Part shown: positions 59,286-64,000 of the stretch, in pieces
Layout: every line of letters starts with the position of its first letter
Position numbering within the stretch: the stretch's first letter is position 1
IMG/VR virus record: IMGVR_UViG_3300034374_005666
Location: 1 to 64,000 of that record
Origin: a virus
DNA: 64,000 nucleotides
Direction: 5' to 3' (one strand)
Position numbers and translations under genes: made by a program
Notes under the pieces: generated by a model
Told to the model about the DNA's origin: nothing
Database searches by the model: none
The model's input: only the letters and a program-made list of their open reading frames with translations

Positions 59286-59404
59286 AGTATTCTGTTTGAA
59301 ATTCTTCTGGCTCGAAAGCCAGCTCTTGTCCACCCAGCAGCATTAAAATGAAATAAATCTATATAGCTTGCTTTTTTGTAAAGTTTAGTCTTTATAAGTA
59401 GCAT
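59273..59404 (-). CDS. array micro-ORF B (43 aa)
   Basis: MLLIKTKLYKKASYIDLFHFNAAGWTRAGFRARRISNRILCYI*. Confidence 0.75.
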   Translation of the reverse strand: MLLIKTKLYKKASYIDLFHFNAAGWTRAGFRARRISNRILCYI

Positions 59405-59535
59405 AGTATTCTATTTGATAAAGCATCAAGACCTGATATATCCCACTCATAAACTTTAACCCAATCTTCTGGTTCTTCCCTATAACGGTTAGCCCATACT
59501 AACCTAGTACCATAAATCATATTTATACAAAACAT
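59392..59535 (-). CDS. array micro-ORF C (47 aa)
   Basis: MFCINMIYGTRLVWANRYREEPEDWVKVYEWDISGLDALSNRILCYL*. Confidence 0.75.
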   Translation of the reverse strand: MFCINMIYGTRLVWANRYREEPEDWVKVYEWDISGLDALSNRILCYL

Positions 59536-59663
59536 ACTATTCTATTTGATGCAAACTGATAGTTTACTTGGCTCCAATGTTTGACACAAGTAATTGTGTG
59601 GTCTAGATAAACTGATGACCATCTAAAATTATAACTATCATAAAGTTTATTTAACAGTAACAT
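59523..59663 (-). CDS. array micro-ORF D (46 aa)
   Basis: MLLLNKLYDSYNFRWSSVYLDHTITCVKHWSQVNYQFASNRIVCFV*. Confidence 0.75.
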   Translation of the reverse strand: MLLLNKLYDSYNFRWSSVYLDHTITCVKHWSQVNYQFASNRIVCFV

Positions 59664-59800
59664 ACTATTCTTATTGTGTTGTCTGAAGGTGGTATGAATC
59701 TACTGTAGTAAGGGTCTTCCCGTTCTTCATGGTAAAACACAGATCTGTAGTTACTATGACAGTAAAAAGTTATTGCTGTAACTATTTCTATATTACACAT
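59651..59800 (-). CDS. array micro-ORF E (49 aa)
   Basis: MCNIEIVTAITFYCHSNYRSVFYHEEREDPYYSRFIPPSDNTIRIVCYC*. Confidence 0.75.
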   Translation of the reverse strand: MCNIEIVTAITFYCHSNYRSVFYHEEREDPYYSRFIPPSDNTIRIVCYC

Positions 59801-59925
59801 AATATTCTATTTGTAATAAACCAAGCTCCTGCATGGCTATAAAAATCATGGAAATCCCATCCTGGTTCAAATGACCAGTCATATACGTGCTCACCATATA
59901 AAGCAGAGTGATTTAAAATATACAT
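59788..59925 (-). CDS. array micro-ORF F (45 aa)
   Basis: MYILNHSALYGEHVYDWSFEPGWDFHDFYSHAGAWFITNRILCVI*. Confidence 0.75.
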   Translation of the reverse strand: MYILNHSALYGEHVYDWSFEPGWDFHDFYSHAGAWFITNRILCVI

Positions 59926-60053
59926 ATTATTCTATTTGTAAATCCGTTATCGTGATATTCCATTATACTTAATATTGCTACATACCTATACGTAGTCCAG
60001 TAATAATGATCTAATACTATAAATCCATATGTTGTGTAACTTATATGTAGCAT
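59913..60053 (-). CDS. array micro-ORF G (46 aa)
   Basis: MLHISYTTYGFIVLDHYYWTTYRYVAILSIMEYHDNGFTNRIICIF*. Confidence 0.75.
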   Translation of the reverse strand: MLHISYTTYGFIVLDHYYWTTYRYVAILSIMEYHDNGFTNRIICIF

Positions 60054-60181
60054 ACTGTTTTGAATGTTTGTACTCTGTTTAATCTTCTAATAAACCAAAG
60101 AATCAGCCTATATTTAAAAGAAAACCTTGTTTTATGTATATAGTTAACTCCTTTAGGACTAACTATCATTATACGTAGCAT
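60041..60181 (-). CDS. array micro-ORF H (46 aa)
   Basis: MLRIMIVSPKGVNYIHKTRFSFKYRLILWFIRRLNRVQTFKTVCYI*. Confidence 0.7.
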   Translation of the reverse strand: MLRIMIVSPKGVNYIHKTRFSFKYRLILWFIRRLNRVQTFKTVCYI

Positions 60182-60291
60182 ACTGGCCTAATTGTGTCTA
60201 TTCTTATAAATAAAGTAATTGGAAACCATCTATTAGAAAAAGAACACTCAAAGTTATAGTTCAAGCATTGTTTAAATCCTAGTTTTCGCAT
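60169..60291 (-). CDS. array micro-ORF I (40 aa)
   Basis: MRKLGFKQCLNYNFECSFSNRWFPITLFIRIDTIRPVCYV*. Confidence 0.65.
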   Translation of the reverse strand: MRKLGFKQCLNYNFECSFSNRWFPITLFIRIDTIRPVCYV

Positions 60292-60323
60292 GTGCGTATA
60301 TTGTTTATATTATTCTGAATACC

Positions 60324-60331
60324 TATGTTTG
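60324..60331 (+). promoter_or_regulatory. Bacteroidetes -7 promoter element for the inverted phosphoesterase
   Basis: TATGTTTG ending 18 nt before the ATG at 60350. Confidence 0.5.
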
Positions 60332-60349
60332 TTGTAAACAGAATAACTT

Positions 60350-61165
60350 ATGCAGATCAATAAGATTAATGATCTATACATGGAAATACGTATTCCATAC
60401 AGATCAATGAGGACTTCTTCCTATTTTCATTTATGCTCAGATGTTCACTTCGATAATCCAGACTCAGACCAAAAGCTCTTCTTTAGCCATCTGGACAAGA
60501 TTAAAAGCCTTAATGGTAAAAGCTTAATCTTTGGTGATTTCCTCTGTTTAATGCAGGGAAAATACGACCTGCGTAGTGATAAATCTAAGATCAGACCAGA
60601 GCATAACAAGAGCAATTATCTTGATGCTGTACTTGACGATACGGCGGATAAACTCAAACCTTACAAAAAGACTTTGGGTATGATTAGCTTAGGTAATCAC
60701 GAAAGCCGCGTTATTGAAAGAAATGAAATTGATCCATTGCATAACTTAGCATTACGTCTCAAAGGACTAAATACTATGGGTTATCATGGATTTATAAAGT
60801 TTATCTTTCACAACAATGGTTCTAAAGTAAGGTCATGTCTTCTCTATTTCCATCATGGTAAATGGGGCAGTATAACCAGTTCAGTTAATAAACATGGACT
60901 TTCTGTACCACAAGCAGATATTATTGTCTCAGGTCACACACATTCTGAATTTTATGTACCTGTACCTAGATTAAATCTGCGACAAAATGGTGAAGTAAGT
61001 ATTACTAAACAGCATCACATTAAGTGTGGTACTTATAAAGATGAGTTTTTGACTACTAAAGGTTTTGGAGTAGAAAGAATAGCTGTACCTAAGAATATAG
61101 GTTCATGGCTACTCAAGCTTACACCTACAGAAAAAGATGTAGATATTAAGTTTGAGTCTATGTAA
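60350..61165 (+). CDS. calcineurin-like metallophosphoesterase
   Basis: SDVH, GD, GNHE, HHG and GHTH motifs. Confidence 0.9.
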   Translation: MQINKINDLYMEIRIPYRSMRTSSYFHLCSDVHFDNPDSDQKLFFSHLDKIKSLNGKSLIFGDFLCLMQGKYDLRSDKSKIRPEHNKSNYLDAVLDDTADKLKPYKKTLGMISLGNHESRVIERNEIDPLHNLALRLKGLNTMGYHGFIKFIFHNNGSKVRSCLLYFHHGKWGSITSSVNKHGLSVPQADIIVSGHTHSEFYVPVPRLNLRQNGEVSITKQHHIKCGTYKDEFLTTKGFGVERIAVPKNIGSWLLKLTPTEKDVDIKFESM

Positions 61166-61304
61166 TGCAGATTATTCTATTTGTTAACCAATAAGACCTT
61201 TCTAAGAAATTATCATGGTAAGGCCATTTGTTCCAATCAGCTAATTCAGCTTCAAAATCTTCATGGTTGTAGTAAAGAAATAAACATTCATTTACATGTA
61301 ACAT
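61158..61304 (-). CDS. array micro-ORF J (48 aa)
   Basis: MLHVNECLFLYYNHEDFEAELADWNKWPYHDNFLERSYWLTNRIICIT*. Confidence 0.75.
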   Translation of the reverse strand: MLHVNECLFLYYNHEDFEAELADWNKWPYHDNFLERSYWLTNRIICIT

Positions 61305-61438
61305 ATCATTCTCATTGTAGTATTGCTGTTAAGCACAGCATGTATAATCTTACGACTTTCTAGTATTGCATCTATTCCCTCAAACAAATTATCAAAAGTT
61401 TCAAACAGAATAAATCTAAAACAATTTATAGTATGCAT
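61292..61438 (-). CDS. array micro-ORF K (48 aa)
   Basis: MHTINCFRFILFETFDNLFEGIDAILESRKIIHAVLNSNTTMRMICYM*. Confidence 0.7.
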   Translation of the reverse strand: MHTINCFRFILFETFDNLFEGIDAILESRKIIHAVLNSNTTMRMICYM

Positions 61439-61560
61439 ATAGTACGTATTGTAGTGTCTGTATATCCAAAGTTTCCACCATAAACAAAAGAGTATTTAAA
61501 TAAATTACCCATTGACAAATAGCATGTGTATGCTTTAATACAATTGAGTAGTTTTATCAT
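61426..61560 (-). CDS. array micro-ORF L (44 aa)
   Basis: MIKLLNCIKAYTCYLSMGNLFKYSFVYGGNFGYTDTTIRTICIL*. Confidence 0.7.
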   Translation of the reverse strand: MIKLLNCIKAYTCYLSMGNLFKYSFVYGGNFGYTDTTIRTICIL

Positions 61561-61724
61561 ACTTCAAACGTTTTATTCCACACATACACTAGTATGTGAT
61601 AGAATCCATCATTCTTAGCTACTATATAGTAACCTTTCATATCTGTAACTAATCTTTCTAATTCAATCTCAAGCATATATGCAGGTATAACTGCAATATA
61701 TGCACCATTCAAGTCTTCCAGCAT
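61557..61724 (-). CDS. 55-aa non-family ORF inside the array
   Basis: MLEDLNGAYIAVIPAYMLEIELERLVTDMKGYYIVAKNDGFYHILVYVWNKTFEV*; ATGA overlap with L; no CxX* end. Confidence 0.55.
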   Translation of the reverse strand: MLEDLNGAYIAVIPAYMLEIELERLVTDMKGYYIVAKNDGFYHILVYVWNKTFEV

Positions 61725-61734
61725 TTGTTTACTA

Positions 61735-61863
61735 TTATAAGTGACATAATATTCTTATTGATTGGTCATCTATTCTCATTGCCATTACCCAATGATTATT
61801 GCTGTATTCAAAATTATAAGATGGAAATTTTGGATAGCTTATAAGCCGTTTTATACATAGCAT
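61735..61863 (-). CDS. array micro-ORF N (42 aa)
   Basis: MLCIKRLISYPKFPSYNFEYSNNHWVMAMRIDDQSIRILCHL*. Confidence 0.75.
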   Translation of the reverse strand: MLCIKRLISYPKFPSYNFEYSNNHWVMAMRIDDQSIRILCHL

Positions 61864-61982
61864 AATATTCTGTTTGATTTGTCTCGTATTTCTAAAGAAG
61901 TATTTATAAAAACATTATCTTCATACCATTTATAACTGTATGAGTCATATACTTTTGTTATACATTTTATTATAGTTGACAT
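61851..61982 (-). CDS. array micro-ORF O (43 aa)
   Basis: MSTIIKCITKVYDSYSYKWYEDNVFINTSLEIRDKSNRILCYV*. Confidence 0.75.
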   Translation of the reverse strand: MSTIIKCITKVYDSYSYKWYEDNVFINTSLEIRDKSNRILCYV

Positions 61983-62089
61983 ATTATTCTATAGTTTGTG
62001 TATCTTTGTCTCAAGTATTTAAGTGCAAAAGACTGGAATTTAAAATTGAGTAAGTAATGACGAGTACCTTTTGCTATAAATGACAGCAT
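61970..62089 (-). CDS. array micro-ORF P (39 aa)
   Basis: MLSFIAKGTRHYLLNFKFQSFALKYLRQRYTNYRIICQL*. Confidence 0.75.
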   Translation of the reverse strand: MLSFIAKGTRHYLLNFKFQSFALKYLRQRYTNYRIICQL

Positions 62090-62214
62090 ATTCTTAATGA
62101 TTCATCTAAACTAAAGTGAAGAAATACACCAAACTTTTGATCTAATAAAATCTCTTTATGAGAGTATGTTATCCAAAGTCTTGTATAGGTTAAAAAAGTC
62201 TTTATATGTAGCAT
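62074..62214 (-). CDS. array micro-ORF Q (46 aa)
   Basis: MLHIKTFLTYTRLWITYSHKEILLDQKFGVFLHFSLDESLRICCHL*. Confidence 0.75.
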   Translation of the reverse strand: MLHIKTFLTYTRLWITYSHKEILLDQKFGVFLHFSLDESLRICCHL

Positions 62215-62339
62215 ATAACTCTATTTGTGCTGCTAAGAAAGCTTACATACTTGTTCTTATCTATATTGGTAAAGAAACGTGCATTAAAGCTAATCAACTG
62301 TTTGTTTATAAATGACTCATAAAAAATAATTCTTAACAT
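62202..62339 (-). CDS. array micro-ORF R (45 aa; first in transcription order)
   Basis: MLRIIFYESFINKQLISFNARFFTNIDKNKYVSFLSSTNRVICYI*. Confidence 0.75.
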   Translation of the reverse strand: MLRIIFYESFINKQLISFNARFFTNIDKNKYVSFLSSTNRVICYI

Positions 62340-62349
62340 AGTTCAGCAT

Positions 62350-62390
62350 AAATTAAAGAACCCTGACATCCAATTAAGGACATCAGGGTC
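62350..62390 (-). terminator. hairpin/terminator immediately upstream of the array
   Basis: - strand CCCTGATGTCC-TTAATT-GGATGTCAGGG (two G-U pairs) followed by TTCTTTAATTT. Confidence 0.6.
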
Positions 62391-62425
62391 TTGTTTACCA
62401 ATAACCAGCTTGGTTAAAAAAATAA

Positions 62426-62710
62426 TTAGTCGTACATCTCCATGTTACGCTCAGTAAATGGGTTGTATTCCCGTGCAATGATATTCTCATGTACACCTGC
62501 TGGAACTTGTACAGCTCCATGAGGTTCACGTACTTGAGAGTGACCTTTTACAGGTACTTCATGGTTGATTACGCTGTCTACAGTAGTCTGATACAAGAAA
62601 TTGCTCAATGGAGCATCGCCTTTGATAGTGATTTTCTTCTTCACTACTGGCTGTGCTGATTTCAGTACGTGCGCATGTGTACCTTCAGCAAGAACTAATT
62701 TGTGATTCAT
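62426..62710 (-). CDS. His-rich small protein of the type that accompanies DUF6745 genes
   Basis: LAEGTHAH...INHE...H..VPAG...REYNP. Confidence 0.65.
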   Translation of the reverse strand: MNHKLVLAEGTHAHVLKSAQPVVKKKITIKGDAPLSNFLYQTTVDSVINHEVPVKGHSQVREPHGAVQVPAGVHENIIAREYNPFTERNMEMYD

Positions 62711-62734
62711 TGTTAAACTAGTTTTAATGATTTA

Positions 62735-62742
62735 CAAATATA
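62735..62742 (-). promoter_or_regulatory. Bacteroidetes -7 promoter element
   Basis: TATATTTG on the - strand upstream of 62710. Confidence 0.45.
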
Positions 62743-62753
62743 ATAAAATAATC

Positions 62754-63494
62754 TTAAGTCTGCTGATTAATGAGCTTAAAGAACTCATCTCCAGACAAAT
62801 AGTAAGGTGTGACAGGTTTTAGCTCAGAACTATCTTTAACATCGTAAGTAACTGTATAGACCTCACCTTGACGATTGATCTCTTTAATCTGCTTTTTGTC
62901 GTGTGTGATTTCACACAGCCAAGCTACTGCGTCTTTGACAGAATAGCTACCCTGCTGGCAAAAGTTTTCTCTGTCATCTACAGTTGCCCAATACTCTCTG
63001 TGAGTAGAAGGACACCAGAACTGAATAGCAAACACATCTCTACGCCTGTCTTCAAAGCCTAGTTCTTTTGGGCTGATAGACCATAAATGATATGTATCAC
63101 CTATGTTAGACTCCCTGTTATCAGGCTCAAAGTTGAAAGTATCTACTTTCTTTTTGTTCTCTATATTATTGAACATTTGAGCAGGCCCAATATAGAAGAA
63201 AGCAATACGGCGCAGGTCTATATTCTCAATATGACTGGCTGCCTTAAAGTCAATAGCTTCTACTGAAGCCCAAATATCATCTAAGAAGCTCTTTAGCTCC
63301 TCCAGTGCCTTATTGTAAGCATTAATATGCTCCATGTTAAGATTCGTACCTTTGATCTTCTTAGGCTCAAAGATGTCTGTTTCTTCTCTGTACATTTCAG
63401 CTGTAGTATCATATCTGGCTTTCATAATGCTACAGAACATATCAAACTTGATAGGCACATTGTCGATTGTAAAACTCAGTTTGCTAGGATTCAT
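62754..63494 (-). CDS. DUF6745-like protein
   Basis: ENIDLRR...CPSTHREY...DAVAW. Confidence 0.6.
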   Translation of the reverse strand: MNPSKLSFTIDNVPIKFDMFCSIMKARYDTTAEMYREETDIFEPKKIKGTNLNMEHINAYNKALEELKSFLDDIWASVEAIDFKAASHIENIDLRRIAFFYIGPAQMFNNIENKKKVDTFNFEPDNRESNIGDTYHLWSISPKELGFEDRRRDVFAIQFWCPSTHREYWATVDDRENFCQQGSYSVKDAVAWLCEITHDKKQIKEINRQGEVYTVTYDVKDSSELKPVTPYYLSGDEFFKLINQQT

Positions 63495-63498
63495 AGAC

Positions 63499-63999
63499 TT
63501 AATCTTTTTTAGTTACATACTCTACACATACTTCAAGAAAGTTACCAATCATGTCATACAGACCATATTTATTTGGCATCTTGGTTCCAGGCAGTGCAGG
63601 TTTTTGCCCACTATTACCAGGATGGACAGCTACTGCATCAAGACCATGCTCTTTAATCTGGTCTTCTGCATCTGCTTTAAGGAACTCCCACTCATCTACT
63701 GAGGGAAGTCTAAAGCCTTTCACATTAATATCTGATAGAAATACCCCATCATCATTAATGACATATGGTAATTCAGGTAATCCAAGAAAAACATTATATT
63801 CAGCAAATGTTTTGTCTGCATGTTCGTGATTAGCATCCATCTCACCTACTTTAGTAACTTCAGTAAGCCAGTTTAGATAGTGACACACGTCAATATCTCT
63901 GATATTAGCTACTGGTAGATTTCCCCTACCAAAGCCTGAATCTGACGGGAGTGTACGTCCTGTAGCAATACAGAACTTAGCCCATTGATTATGGCTAGT
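63499..63999 (-). CDS. FGE-sulfatase (SUMF1/EgtB/PvdO-like) domain protein, 5' partial
   Basis: Frame is open to the window edge: PSDSGFGRGNLPVAN...YLNWL...GFRLPSVDEWE...PNKYGLYDMIGNFLEVC. Confidence 0.8.
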   Translation of the reverse strand, partial: TSHNQWAKFCIATGRTLPSDSGFGRGNLPVANIRDIDVCHYLNWLTEVTKVGEMDANHEHADKTFAEYNVFLGLPELPYVINDDGVFLSDINVKGFRLPSVDEWEFLKADAEDQIKEHGLDAVAVHPGNSGQKPALPGTKMPNKYGLYDMIGNFLEVCVEYVTKKD

Positions 64000-64000
64000 A

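Larger units (their letters stand above)
59148..62339 (-). repeat. tandem array of 17 overlapping micro-ORFs sharing a junction motif (consensus about WCAAAYAGAATANTATGYTAYRTATAA), period about 107-137 bp
   Basis: On + strand CATAnTATTCT(A/G)TTTG-like motifs at 59158, 59283, 59402, 59533, 59661, 59798, 59923, 60051, 60179, 61168, 61302, 61436, 61745, 61861, 61980, 62087 and 62212; every unit is an open frame ending in CxX*. Confidence 0.9.

Noticed and set aside
59148-62339. CRISPR or mini-CRISPR array
   Set aside because: Repeats are degenerate and non-palindromic, the intervening segments are about 100 nt and all open reading frames, and no cas operon is present.
59148-62339. Junction motif as repeated Bacteroidetes promoter (TAnnTTTG) on the + strand
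   Set aside because: The motif reads TCTATTTG/TCTGTTTG and lacks the TA. Several units lose TTTG while keeping the peptide tag.
59148-62339. Classical integron cassette array or CaaX prenylation tags
   Set aside because: No integrase and no attC-like palindromes were seen. Cys is at -3 rather than the -4 of CaaX.
358-63829. Many 60-160-aa ORF-track entries antisense to or nested in long genes (e.g. 13176..13670, 27088..27564, 41002..41358, 61181..61363)
   Set aside because: They are shadow frames of real genes with no motifs. 61181..61363 is antisense to array units J and K.
59148-64000. Diversity-generating retroelement
   Set aside because: No reverse transcriptase and no TR/VR pair differing only at adenines is visible in this window. 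Components outside the window cannot be excluded.
1-64000. Stop-codon reassignment as in some crAss-like phages
   Set aside because: Very long ORFs are intact in code 11. TAG and TGA both end genes at tight overlaps, and no suppressor tRNA was recognised.
38184-64000. Absence of a DNA polymerase as a biological novelty
   Set aside because: The window is a partial genome (capsid, portal and terminase are also missing), so the gene may lie outside it.

Overview
This window is most of a crAss-like (Crassvirales-type) Bacteroidetes phage genome, read in the standard genetic code. The + strand (1-38154) carries a GC-rich DUF285/LamG-like tail module, putative holin-like and Ig-like virion genes, a PD-(D/E)XK nuclease and the ring/IHF-like/tail-tubular/tail-stabilisation block. 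It ends with four very large putative ejected proteins, including a 4342-aa virion RNA polymerase (GLDFDIDK) carrying zincin and ART-PolyVal-like domains. The - strand (38184-64000) carries accessory and replication genes: dNMP kinase, SPL-like radical SAM, amidase, MazG-like protein, nucleases, an Ubl-E2-JAB-E1 cluster, an atypical UDG, primase, a rearranged AAA ATPase, DnaB-like and SF2 helicases. The main find is at 59148-62339, which the ORF track leaves almost empty. Manual translation shows a tandem array of 17 overlapping micro-ORFs of 39-49 aa at a period of about 107-137 bp. Each has a highly divergent, often aromatic-rich body and a conserved C-terminus, [S/T]-x-R-x-x-C-x-x-stop. The array is interrupted by an inverted metallophosphoesterase and its last unit overlaps the SF2 helicase start. 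All family assignments come from motif recognition by eye; no searches were run.
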